A DNA stretch of 56,110 bases, filler included, from Ionaspis alba (Eukaryota), in NCBI GenBank assembly GCA_964255285.1. It is 5 parts of 5 records of this genome, joined end to end, with 100 filler letters (N's around TTAATTAATTAA, not from the genome) between each part and the next. Parts side by side here need not be neighbours in the genome. Positions count along the whole stretch, not along the records: positions 11,333 to 22,497 come from CAXUUL010000566.1; positions 22,598 to 33,703 come from CAXUUL010000568.1; 3 more parts are not named here. One strand, written 5' to 3'. A program made the translations under genes and the position numbers. The notes under the pieces were generated by a model. That model had not been told where the DNA came from, did no database searches, and worked only from the letters and a program-made list of their open reading frames with translations. Every line of letters begins with the position of its first letter. Position 1 is the stretch's first letter. Below, in pieces: positions 14,294-25,758 of this stretch.

Positions 14294-15523
14294 CTATTTC
14301 CAATACACGTTGTCTTTTCCAACGACTTGTATAGTGTTTTTTGCAATATCATGTAGTCTATAATCTGCTTTGTGGTGTTTCTCTTTGGCATCTATGCTTT
14401 CTAATTGTCGATAGTGGTCTGTCTGTAAACTTGGAGAGCAAAATATCCGGAGAAGAGCATAAGCAGTGGATACCAATATATCAAGAGGAACACATGTCAT
14501 TAGCATCTTGATGAACTGAAGGGTCTGATCACTAGAGGGCCTTCAGATACATGTATGCATTCATCCTATCTCTATTCCTTGAGAAAGCAGCATTGCCATG
14601 CAGACCAAGTCTTAGAAATTTCCGAGCAGTTTGCCATCTCACTTCCGAACTCCTCGATCCTCCTTACCACTACCTACTAGAGCGCGCTCCTTTAACAAAC
14701 TGTTCAGGTAATGCTCGGCTTCGGAATCAAAGCAATGTGTGTTGGCCACAGGGTGACGCTTCAACCCCAAAATTCGCCCAAAACTGTTTTCTGTCCAGAC
14801 TGCGTCTCGTATCATCAACAGACCATCGTGCTTCTCGGTATTGGGTTCCTCTTGTTTGCAACGCGAGATGTTGAAATCATTCAGCTGTTTTAGTGTCTCA
14901 GATACCAGAAAGAGCCAATGCCAATAAGTTGGCGGCCCGAAGTGCTCTTCCTCGAGCACAAGCGTTCCTGGTAGGTCAAACCGAAGGTGTCGTAGCGATT
15001 TGCAGTGCGAGATTAACGTCGCTGTTTCAGCCCATTCGTCGCTTTTGTTCGTTATCATGCGAAGCCTCAGAGATAGCAGCTCCGAGCGTGGCCATCTGGA
15101 GTAATTCTCAATGTCCGTCGCTCCGCACAGATCGACGAAAGCATTGCTGGATATGTTGAAAATGTTTTCTCGATGGTAAATTTAAGCTGCTTCAAGATGA
15201 ATGATTTTGCATGTTGCAAGTATAGCCGAACAGGAGGACTGGAGGACTTGGTCGTCTGTCTTCAAATTATCCCCTCTGCGATACATTGTATCTCTACGCT
15301 ATGCCGGCCCACCGTCGCTAGACTTCAGGCATGAATCTCGGTAGAATATCAGGGTTTCACTCTTCGAGCCAGGATCAGTGGTCCCAGCGATCTCGAATCC
15401 TGCACAAAGCACCAGTTTGTAGATCTGGGTTCTGAGCTCGAGTGGAAGAAGGAGCAGAGGTGGGAGAGTGACGACTTGGGAGATGCTATTCAGCTCAGAT
15501 TCTTTTGCACCAGCAGAGTTCAT
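14294..15523 (-). pseudogene. Degenerate gene with F-box-like N-terminal motif
   Basis: LLLLPLELRTQIYKLVL and AILATCKIIHLEAA*IYHRENIF lie in one frame with in-frame stops at 15299-15301 (TAG) and 15182-15184 (TAA), continuing into ORF 14639-15058; 3' boundary uncertain. Confidence 0.6.
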
Positions 15524-15970
15524 GTTGAGTGAAGATGAGCTCTCTAAAATCTAGAGCAGGTGGAATGTGGAAACTGTTGCTGAGGATCGAAAGCCAGAAT
15601 CAAAAGGCAGAATCAAGGATGAAGCTCGCTGGATAGAGAGGAAAGATGACGAGTTTTTATGCTTGAGAATATAAGCTAGTGTTAAGGAAGATTGACAACA
15701 CAGCGACAACTTTGACTAATATCCACGTAGAAAGTAGTGTTAATTGAAGTCATCGAATCTTTGAACATTTAAGTGTAGACATATCACTACGAAGTTTTTT
15801 TCTATGTAGAATTAGAGACAGGTTATTGTGTTGATAGGAAGTCTGTTAACACAATAAAGCGGATGGTATATCGACTCAAAATGGTATAGCGCAATAAAGA
15901 CGAAATAGCATACCCACAATATGTCCTATCCCTTACTACACAAAGTTGCCGTCATCTATATTCAGCGGTC

Positions 15971-16495
15971 ATGGAGTCTCCAAGTCCTACTAAACTAGGA
16001 AACCCCTTCGAGTACATGCAAATGGCTCTCTCATTTGCAAAGAAGTCGCCACCAAAGCCGACCAATTTCCGCGTTGGAGCTCTCCTCGTGGACGAGAAGG
16101 ACAACCATATCCTATCGACTGGCTATACCCTTGAGCTTCCAGGAAACACTCACGCTGAGCAATGCTGCCTGATGAAGTTTGCCGCCTCATATGGGAAGTC
16201 TGAAGATGAAGTTGCAGATCTGTTGCCCGCTTCCACTGTGATCTATACCACCATGGAGCCGTGCGGAATGAGGCTGAGTGGTAACCTTCCATGCGTGGAC
16301 AGAATCCTTAACGCCAGAAACGGAGCCAATGGCGGAATCAAAGCGGTCTATGTTGGTGTCCAAGAGCCTGAGAAATTTGTTGGCCAGAACACTGGGAAAG
16401 CGAAGCTGGAGGGTGCCGGTATTAGATGCGTACATGTCGCAGGCCTTGAAGATCAGATACTCAAAGTCGCAACTGCAGGCCATGAGGCCGATTGA
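15971..16495 (+). CDS. RIB2: Zn-dependent cytidine-deaminase-family protein, stand-alone DRAP deaminase-like (riboflavin biosynthesis)
   Basis: FRVGALL; ELPGNTHAEQCC; YTTMEPC..RLSGNLPC resemble the yeast Rib2 deaminase domain. Confidence 0.8.
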   Translation: MESPSPTKLGNPFEYMQMALSFAKKSPPKPTNFRVGALLVDEKDNHILSTGYTLELPGNTHAEQCCLMKFAASYGKSEDEVADLLPASTVIYTTMEPCGMRLSGNLPCVDRILNARNGANGGIKAVYVGVQEPEKFVGQNTGKAKLEGAGIRCVHVAGLEDQILKVATAGHEAD

Positions 16496-16753
16496 TCCCC
16501 TCACATTGATGTTTCCTCGATCGATAGGCTCGCACTAAACAGAACAGCATCTCGGTGCTGCCATTTCTCAATTCCATCTTGATTGGGTTTCGAGGATCTG
16601 CATGTGACTTCGCGGTTCGGACGCAACAGTCAAAAAGGAAGTGCGTCATGACCTCGATGACGAAAATGCGATTCGGTGCTCGGGTTACATACCTTATTAC
16701 ATGGACATTTCCACCACAACTCAATCACATCAATCACTCCGATCATAAGCCCA

Positions 16754-17726
16754 ATGCGTCAACCTGTCACCTTGGCTATCAATAGACTTGTCAGAACATC
16801 AATAAACACACAACGACCTACCATCGCCAAAGTCCAACCACTTCACCAATTTCGCACCATGGCTTCATCTACAGGCGCCAATATCGAGAATACCAACATT
16901 AAGACCGCTCCCGGTGTCACTCTCGATGACGACCAGAAGACTCTTGTCGGCTGTGTCCTAGACGTCAGTATCGACCTCACCTAACTAATCGACACCAGAA
17001 ATAACATATTCGATAGCTCTTCGCTGGTCGCCCATCCTTGAAAAAGCTCCGGCTCTGGGCCGACGACGCCGTCTTTGAAGACCCCATCACCAAGGCCGAA
17101 GGACGCAAGCAGTACGAGCCTCAATGGGTCCGCTGCATCTCCCCATCACAAGTTTTATCAAGGTCACTAACAGTCCTGTAGTACGGACTCCAAGCCGCCT
17201 TCTCTGAAATCGAGCGTCTCCACCACGAAGTCACGGACGGAGGGAATCCCATCGGCATGAACCTAAAGACCCGCTACGTAGTCAAGGGCATCGGCAAAGA
17301 GCAGACCATCGACAGTAAGATCATGATCTTCTACGACAAAGCGACAGGCAAGATCACAAAGGTGCAGGATAAGTGGGATGGCCAGCTTCCAGATAGCTCT
17401 TTCAAGAATGTGAGTATTGAACAGCTCTTTAGTCCGTGGTGGTGGGTGCATTATGGGGAAGGTTGGGCGTGGTGGATGTGGAGCTTCACGTGGGATATGA
17501 GGTGGTGGCAGGTGGGTGGAGTCGTTTGCTTGAACTTACCTGCCACCTGTGAGGGGATGTTTGATTGGGTTCTTTCATTGTGTCACTGCGGATCATTTTG
17601 ATGAAAGATCCGGCTGCTGACAAGTGTCATTTCTAGGCCTTCCGCAACCTCAACTCCGTCACTGTTCCTCATATGATCAATGTCCCCAAGAACGACGAGG
17701 AGGATGCAAAGCTAGGCAATCAGTAA
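16754..17726 (+). CDS. SnoaL/NTF2-like protein; exons 16754 (or 16859)-16963, 17017-17127, 17182-17409 (alt 17511), 17637-17726
   Basis: Spliced product VLDLFAGRPSLKKLRLWADDAVFEDPITKAEGRKQYEPQWYGL...GKITKVQDKW; the DAVFEDP motif suggests the SnoaL-like fold. Confidence 0.8.
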
Positions 17727-17968
17727 ACGGCCGGCATGTTATGATGACATCTACTTGTAACAATAGTCAAAGAGGAGCACGCAGGCAATCCATGAACTCA
17801 AGCCGTTAACCATTCTTTCGGACAACCGTGCTCGCCCCCGCTGCTTATATCTTCCTGTCCACCGGCTCTTCAGAACCACACGTAGACCCCTTCCCAGTAA
17901 ATCTCCTATCAACGTGATAAATGCCCTCCTGCTCAGTCTTTCTCCTTCACTCTCTCTGATAGAATCCC

Positions 17969-18658
17969 TTAGTAGACCATCATACCTATTGCACCCGATA
18001 CAACACCTAAGACCGCTACAGTCCCTACATTGACCCTCTTCCCCGCCCCACTCTGCCTTCCCGCTCCCGCGGCCACTCCCGCACCCTGTCCGTAATCCAC
18101 TCTGCCATGACAGAACTTGCCAACAGGGCAACAAGCAATGCTCCCTCCATCATCGAACGCACAATTCTGCGTACTCAGGCATGCCCAGGAAGGATATCCG
18201 ATCTTGGCGCAGGAGTAATGCGTATCGGGGATTGCGGGGAAGAACGTAGATGTTGGAGGGTACAAGCCCTGGGAGCTCGGAGGCACATCGACCGGGATAA
18301 TGGTCATGATTCCGGTTGATGGGGAGGATGGAGGTGTGTAGGTGTATGGGCTTTGGTCGGAGGGAATGGGGTAGGGGAAACCGGCGGTTTGGGGGGACCA
18401 GGTGGAGCTGGAGAAGGAGGACGAGATAGAGGATGGTGGTGGTTGTGGTTGAGGAGGTGGTGTGACACTTGGTGCTGGCGAGGAGGGTGCGCTGCCAGGG
18501 GATTGGGGGTTGATTTGAGGATTGTTGTTGCCGGAGTTCGGGGAGAAGAGGTAGAGGGCTGGGGAGTAGTTGACGTAGGCGGTTTGTTGGTCGGCTAAGA
18601 GAAGGGTTGGGAGGAGGAGGGTGATCATGACGGAGAGTATAGGGATTGCGAACAACAT
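17969..18658 (-). CDS. Secreted, probably GPI-anchored Ser/Pro-rich protein with a Cys-rich module
   Basis: Signal peptide; YSCAKIG...ACLSTQNCAFD...IACCPVGKFCHG; SGAG followed by hydrophobic tail. Confidence 0.75.
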   Translation of the reverse strand: MLFAIPILSVMITLLLPTLLLADQQTAYVNYSPALYLFSPNSGNNNPQINPQSPGSAPSSPAPSVTPPPQPQPPPSSISSSFSSSTWSPQTAGFPYPIPSDQSPYTYTPPSSPSTGIMTIIPVDVPPSSQGLYPPTSTFFPAIPDTHYSCAKIGYPSWACLSTQNCAFDDGGSIACCPVGKFCHGRVDYGQGAGVAAGAGRQSGAGKRVNVGTVAVLGVVSGAIGMMVY

Positions 18659-19297
18659 GCTTGGAAAGTTTGGAACTGTGTCTGCGGATGGACGGGGAGA
18701 CTTCAGTCTTAGAGAAGGTAGGAGAATACAGGGACAAAGTTATTACAGAATGGAAGAATGGAGGAAAATTTGAACGCGCGGAGGACTTCATATACATAAT
18801 GATTCTGAATGAATGTCAAACTGTGCCAGTTGTTCGTGCATGAGGAAAGATCTAGAAATTAGAGGAATACATGTCTTTCTCGGTATGCAGACAGTCCTGA
18901 TAGTGATGAGACATTATAGCTCGTTGATTGTTTGATGCACTTCTCTTGCGGGCAAACATGATGCGAGTGTAATTTGTGAAATATTGGGAATGGTAGTATA
19001 GCGTAGCAAGTAAGTGAGAGTAATGCTAAAGAATCACAATCCTCTGCCGATATATCTGAAGGCAGTTGAGACAACATCGTCTGGAGGCGACAAAGTTGCT
19101 TCAGGTGATATTACTACTCACGGAATTGGAATATCTAACAATGCAGAAGCTGGTGGATTTATGACTGGCTGATCGCGGGGCTGGTGGTCCGAGCGCGTGC
19201 GCGTCGCGGCTTACAGTTGCCAGAGAGAAGGGCAGAACGTTGGCTCTTCAAAAATTGTACATAGCGTCAGTTTGGGAGTGGCTTCGGTGAACATGCT

Positions 19298-20223
19298 ATG
19301 CCAAAGCACTCATCAACTTCCTTGACCTTCTATCCAGCATACTGCTTTTCAGCTTCCCCAACTTTCAACGCATGGGCAAGGCTTTTAAGCTCCGACATTC
19401 ATTCGCTCAAAGAGAGAGAAGGTTTCGAGGGTACCGTACCTGTCTTCCTAACTACATTCTACGCAGTCTGGTTAGGACATCGAGCTCATGTACGCCTAGG
19501 TCAGAAGATCTACTTCTACCTCAACCATCCCATAAAATGGGTACGTCTAGTCGGCGTCATCGTCGCCTTCGACGAATACCCGAATCGATGGATCTTCCAG
19601 TTGGATGACAGCAGTGGAGCAACCGTTGAAGTTACTTGCCCTCGAACCGTCACGCCTACTACGGGCACTACACCTGCAGAAAGGGAGGAAAGTCGACTCC
19701 GTTCACTTCGTAGCAAAACTATATCTGGCAATGATATCGATATGACTGGCATTGATCTTGGACGTGTCGTGAAGGTTAAGGGTGGGATTGGAGAATTCAG
19801 AGGAGAAAGGCAGATCACTCTTGAACGAATTAGTATGAAAGTCGCGGATATCTGCATATACACTACGGATACGAAAGACTGACATATCATTGATCAGACA
19901 CAATACACACCACCACAGAAGAAGCTCAAGCTTGGTCTGAGCTTCACGAATTTTATACTAGCATTTTGTCGAAACCATGGATTGTTACAGGAGAAATGCA
20001 ATTGGCACTCAAAGAAGAGGCTGATGGGACAAAAGCCAGAGCAGAAGAGAGAGCACGTCGCAAGGAAAGGAGGGAAGCCAGGGAGGAGCGAAAAAAGAGG
20101 CGCGTCGAGGGGGGAAAACGGAGAAGTCACGACAATCACAAAAGAAGGACGAGTCATAAGGAAAACCAGTCTGTGGATCGTGAAGTCAAGGCTCCTGTAA
20201 GTAAACAACGACGACACCACTGA
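19298..20223 (+). CDS. STN1: Stn1-like OB-fold telomere (CST complex) protein; introns 19431-19499 and 19833-19897
   Basis: YPAYCF..SPTF..W; YFYLNHPIKWVRLVGVIV; LDDSSGATVEV; VKVKG; spliced TTEEAQAW...LSKPW. Confidence 0.85.
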
Positions 20224-21404
20224 GATAGAGGTCAGGTTCGAAAGAATGGAGGGCTGTGGGAGGAAGACTGGGAAGTGGCTGAAAAGGGGGGGTCCCCCAG
20301 GTCAAGAATGTTGAGTCAATCTCGTGTCTTGCGTGGCCATCTCTCTTCGAGGAGGACCAAGGCGTCTCTGCGGCGTATGCATTCTTACCGACAACTCTGG
20401 GTGCTAGTCATGGATATAATCACGAGGTGGCCGACCCCGATTATTTTCTGGCTCTCAGTATCTCTTGTGGGAGACCGAGGACTCGACTACGTGCAGATAC
20501 CCTCTTCAAGGAAGACGCAGATACAATGATACTTCAATTCACTTTTTTAAAGACCATTCCTAGGAGCTCAAGAACGGCCTTACAGCCGATATGAACGCAC
20601 GCATCACCTCGAGCGCATACGGGAGACTCATGCCGCAGAACCCTGCAAACAGTCGACTCATAGTGAAATACCTAACGACATTCCAACCTTGGTACTTGGG
20701 CCGTTCTTGCGGAACAGTAGGTTAAAGTTTCGGGTCGCACAGATCTTCGAACAGTTGATATTGCCTACGAATTACCAGTAGCCAATTGCACAGGGTGATC
20801 GAAGCTCCTGAGCTACAAAGATGGCGGGATTCGTCAATTGTGGCTGTAGCAATGCCCCCAGCTTTAGGCATGTTCTACAGAAGTGGTGTCGAGTCGCATG
20901 TGCTGTGCCTCCACGACGACCTGCCCTAGCCTGCCAAGGAGCGGTCCGTTGCGGGGCCCGAGCCCCAAGCGAGCACGTTAGCTCCTGCCGCTCGAATCTG
21001 ATTGCGTATACGCAACCACCAGCATCACAGAGTCTCAAACAATTCCAAACTTTGGATGGCGGTACAGAGAATGCCTTGTTTGATCAGGAACGCTCCTGAA
21101 CTTGTGTCTGCTCAAATGTCTACAACCCTACGCGTTCTTTTAGGATGTCCACTCCTTAGCCTCTTCGTGTTATCCGCTCGACCTTCGCCTGATAGGGTCC
21201 GCGATCTTCACCATCTGTTTCCCACTTCCTTCTCTATCACGCGAGGCATCCATATCAGTCCGTGCCTCAAGTCAAGAATTTTCCGACCTCTTCGATGTCC
21301 AGCCCAGGATCCTATTCTTTACTCTCCTAGAAAGGGATCAAGTTCAAATTCTCCTGCCTCTGGATTATCTCTCCAACCATCTCATTTTTCGCTTCCCTGA
21401 TCCA

Positions 21405-22497
21405 ATGTTCTCACAGTTTCTTCCTATCTTCCCAATTCTCGCCCACTTTTTCCTTCTCCACTTCTCTCCCACCTCAGCCGATTCCAAATGCTACTACCCC
21501 AATGGCCTCTACGAACCGTTCAACTCTCCCTGCAATCCTAATGCCACCGTCTCTTTCTGCTGCGGTCAAGGTCAACGCTGCTACTCAAACGGCATTTGTG
21601 AAGTCCCACAACCAGACGGCCACATCGACTTCTTACGTGCGAGCTGCACAGATCAAACTTGGAAGGATCCTGCATGTCTACATCAGTGCCTGATGTTAGA
21701 AACGTGAGTTCGTCATTCTCATCTTTGTCCTGACTTGCAAATCAACAGCAAAGATCGAACTCCGAGCTTGAAAATCACAAAGCAACCAATTGATCTAGCT
21801 TCCCTTTGCACTCTCCATCCTCTGCGCCACAACTTTCCTATCCGCCCTCGATCACCCCCACCACCCTGACAGCATCATCAAAACACCACTAACATCTTCC
21901 TCGGCCCAACAGATGGGTTCCCATCCGCCCCTGCTTCGGCCTCAGCTCCCCAAGTTACTGTTGCGACCCCAACGGCACCGGCTACGAATGCTGCGGCCAC
22001 AAAGAATCCATCTTCTCCCTCCCCGTCCCCACCGCCATCACCATTATCGGCGCGAAAAACAACAACACGTCTGCTACAGAGCTGAATCCGAACCTGCAGA
22101 CCCCATTGACAACGACAGTAGCAATGACCCTGGCAGGGACTAGTGGGGCTCAGGTGGGTAGTTCGAGTACCCTGACGGCGTCAACGACGACGGCGATTGT
22201 TATCGGGGCTAGCACCACGCCGGCAGCCGTGGATGTTGGGATGGTGGGAGACCCCGGGCTGAAGACCGCCGTTAAAGCAGGAATTGCGGTGGGCGTTGTT
22301 GTGGGTTTGATGCTTTTGGGGTTTGTGGTTTGGCTTGTGGTAAGGAATAGGCGGTTGGGAATGGAGATGCGCGAGCTGAGAGCGGGGGCTATGTCCGAGA
22401 AGGACGGGATGCATGCTGGACAGGATGGGTTAAGGAGTGCGTTTGGTGGGACGGAGGGGACGACGACGCCATTGCAGGAGATGCATGGGGGATGGCG
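21405..22497 (+). CDS. Single-pass membrane protein with Cys-rich ectodomain and Ser/Thr stalk; intron 21704-21912; 3'-truncated
   Basis: Signal peptide; CYYPNG..PC..CC..C..NGIC..RASCTDQTW..C; YCC..CC; TM AGIAVGVVVGLMLLGFVVWLVV followed by RNRR. Confidence 0.8.
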
Positions 22498-22597
22498 NNN
22501 NNNNNNNNNNNNNNNNNNNNNNNNNNNNNNNNNNNNNNNNNTTAATTAATTAANNNNNNNNNNNNNNNNNNNNNNNNNNNNNNNNNNNNNNNNNNNN
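22498..22597. other. Artificial contig linker
   Basis: N44-TTAATTAATTAA-N44. Confidence 0.98.
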
Positions 22598-22983
22598 GAT
22601 GTGGATGGGGGATGGGGGTTGGCGGAGAGGTGGTACATTTGTGTGGGTCCGAGATTGAAGACGAGTTTGTTACAATGGTTGGCCGGCAAGGAGGTTGTGT
22701 ATGAGGATTTTGGATATTAGTGAGTCTTTTATTTTCGCGTGATTCATGGCACCATGTTCGTCGCACACGCAGTGAGCGACACCACTGTTTGGCATAGATT
22801 GGAGGACCTGAATCGAGAGTAACGGTCGGATCACAAAAAGCGTAGAGCCAAGGTATCCAATCGCTGGAGCATGGGTATCATCCGAAAACAAACAAAGCGA
22901 ATACCACTGGATCACCTTTTCTTCCTCCACAAGTTTCCCCATCACGGCACAGAACCTGCCTTCTCACTTCTGCGAACTCCTAT

Positions 22984-25395
22984 TCACTCCGCCTCGTAAT
23001 TCCTCAAAAAGTCATACCTCCTATCCAACGCCTCCTGCCCATGTTTCCTGATCACAGAATCCACATCCCTAGCATCAGCAGCCCCAAAGCACGCATCATC
23101 CTTCACGGTCCATATCCCCTTCACGTTCTCCGGTATAGTGCCATCCCTCAACAAAGACTCCAACGCCTCGTCTGCAAGCTCAGGGTCCAATGATGCGCAT
23201 TTCAATGCTATTTCCAGCGTCTCCATTTCCACACCTTCCTCAACGTGATTGTCAATCCAGCGGTCCAGAATGGCGTTGATCTGGGCTTGATCTAGGACTG
23301 GTGCAGCCGGATTCTGCGGTAGAACTGGAGGTGAGGAAGGTGGAGCGGCGAGAGCATCCCATCCTTCAGCAGGTTCTGCGACATCGAGATCAAGCATTTG
23401 CATCTGGCTCCTGAATATAGCTTGCGTGTCTCGCCCCGCCGACGGCCTCGTGGACATTTCCTGAACGAAAAGTTGGTCTTCATCGTCCTCGCTGGCCTCT
23501 TCCCAGCCGCCTTCAGGAGGGACAACGTGGAAATCGAGGTCTTCGGGTGCGGTGTCGAAATTGGTTCCGTTGTTGGAGTGGCTTCGAGAGGTTTCCTGGA
23601 CGTATTCATGTGCTTCTTTGAATGCTGTCTCGTCTTCATCGTCTGCTATCTCGCCATCTTTTCTTGAGCTTTCAGCAGTATCTTCTGATAGCGAATTTTC
23701 TTCCTCGACGTCGACAATTGTGCGCTCGCCCAGTGGAGTTCGCTGAACGGGCTGGCTGATCAATGGAGGCCGTTCTGGAGTCGATGGTATTTCGTCTCGG
23801 CGTATCTCAGCGCGGTCNNNNNNNNNNNNNNNNNNNNNNNNNNNNNNNNNNNNNNNNNNNNNNNNNNNNNNNNNNNNNNNNNNNNNNNNNNNNNNNNNNN
23901 NNNNNNNNNNNNNNNNNATGGAGGCCGTTCTGGAGTCGATGGTATTTCGTCTCGGCGTATCTCAGCGCGGTCGGAACGAAGTCGCTTCTGGGGCATTTGC
24001 ACGCGCGTCTTAGGGGGTATGCTACAAGGCAGCTCTTCAGAAGATTCCCTTTTCCGCTTTGAGGTCTTCGTCACCACCACAAAATCTCTGTCACTTTCTT
24101 GGTCGACTGTGTCCTCAACGGCGGGTCTCACGGATTGCTGTAACTCATCGTCTCGCACACCAGGTTTGAGGCTGGATCTCATCTGCCGCCGTTCGGGAGT
24201 AGCTATCGTCCGAAGCTTAAGCGATTCAGGATAACAAGACGGACTCTTTTGCGATACTGTCTCCCCGACTGTGTTCTTTCGAGATGCTTCCTCCGCTTCC
24301 ATGTCTCGTGTTACATTTGAAGCAGCTGGCGCTTTTGTAACGGACTTCCTAAAGATTGCTCTGGCTTTCTCTTCCTGCCACCGGGGCCGGACGGTATTTT
24401 TCCAAAATGCTCGCCACTCCTTTGCTGAATGTTGTGGATACTGGAAGAAACATTAATTAAGGTCAAAGAGGAGCAATGAGCAGTAACGTACGCTTTCAGT
24501 CCATGTCTCCCACGCCTCATCTTGGACATCCTCACGTATATTCTCTATATCTGCGGCCATTGCAAGAAGTACCTGAGTGTCTTCTTCGGTGAAAGTACTT
24601 GCGTCACGTGCTCGCCGCAAAGGAGCCTGAACTTGTGTGCTGAAGGCTTGAGCCTGTTCTGTTGGAGGGGTAGGTGGTGCATTCTCTGGAACTTGTGTAG
24701 GCAGCTTGTGTTGTAGATATTTTACCCATCTGTCTCTCCATGACTGCAAAGTATGTCGAGGGTTCTGCTCCCTCCACATCAGCAAATTGTTGGAGTGCCT
24801 TGGGGTCCTCGGAAAACCATACCTCTGCTGCGAGCTGCTCATAGATTTTGTTTCCAAGGACATAACCGCCCCGAGCTCCATAACCAGTGACCCATTCCGT
24901 CAAGATGCGATCGTCTTCTGCTGTAAATGGCGTCCTCGTGGATTTTTTCGGCATGGAATTGACAGAACCAACAGCCCTTACGGTCCGTGCAGGCTCTCCC
25001 ACTCGATGGTCGTCAAGATTCTCCAACACCCCATTTTTCACCGACTTGTCGATATATTGCCATGAATAACTGGACTTTCTGTCAGTTCTCGCCTTGGGAA
25101 AGCATTCAGGGAAGATGGGAAGCACTGACGTCCCTGGGACATTATCCTTCCGTGCATGATCCACAATTTTTATGTCTGCGAACTTCTCCAATGGAACGAC
25201 TTCGCCTCCATTAGACTATGGTCATCAATCAGTCCAATTGAGATGTACTGTCGGGGAATTCGCTCGTACTTTTACTTGCTCGATGAACGTATTGCGACTT
25301 GGGACTCGTTGCGAAAGCCAGAATTTACGACCTTGAAACAACGTGCCTGAGATTCCCGAATTGCCTGAAATCCCGGTATAGACGATTTCAGCCAT
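22984..25395 (-). CDS. RAP1: Telomere protein Rap1 (BRCT, Myb, RCT domains); multi-exon; interrupted by an assembly gap
   Basis: LFQGRKFWLSQRVPSR (BRCT); RTPFTAEDDRIL..GNKIYEQLA..NPRHTLQSWRDRW (Myb); GIWTVKDD..KHG...RYDFL (C-terminal domain). Confidence 0.9.
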
Positions 25396-25440
25396 GGTCA
25401 TTGTCGCTGGTGGGCTTGATGAAGTGATGATAAGAGTCGA

Positions 25441-25472
25441 ACGCGTAACTTAGCAGTGATTCGCAGACGCGT
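25441..25472. promoter_or_regulatory. Two MCB (ACGCGT) elements in the RAP1/SWF1 divergent promoter
   Basis: ACGCGT at 25441-25446 and 25467-25472, within ~80 bp of the RAP1 start. Confidence 0.45.
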
Positions 25473-25758
25473 CTAGTGGATCCCTCGAGTACTGTTTCAA
25501 TTGGCCCTGGCGCTGAAAGCTACGGACAAGGCCCCCCGGGGACTCGAAAGTCGCTTACCCGGCTCCCCTCCAGGATCTTGCAGGACGCGGCCAAAATAGG
25601 TCACCAAATCGTATCGCACATCTCATTCGCAGCAGCTTTGCTCATTTGGTGTTCGCTGAGGATAACTCGACAACAATGCTTTTGTTCTTCCTAGAACACT
25701 TAGTGGCGCCGAAGCAGCTACTTGTCCTATCAAGGGCATAATAAGAGGCAAGATAATC

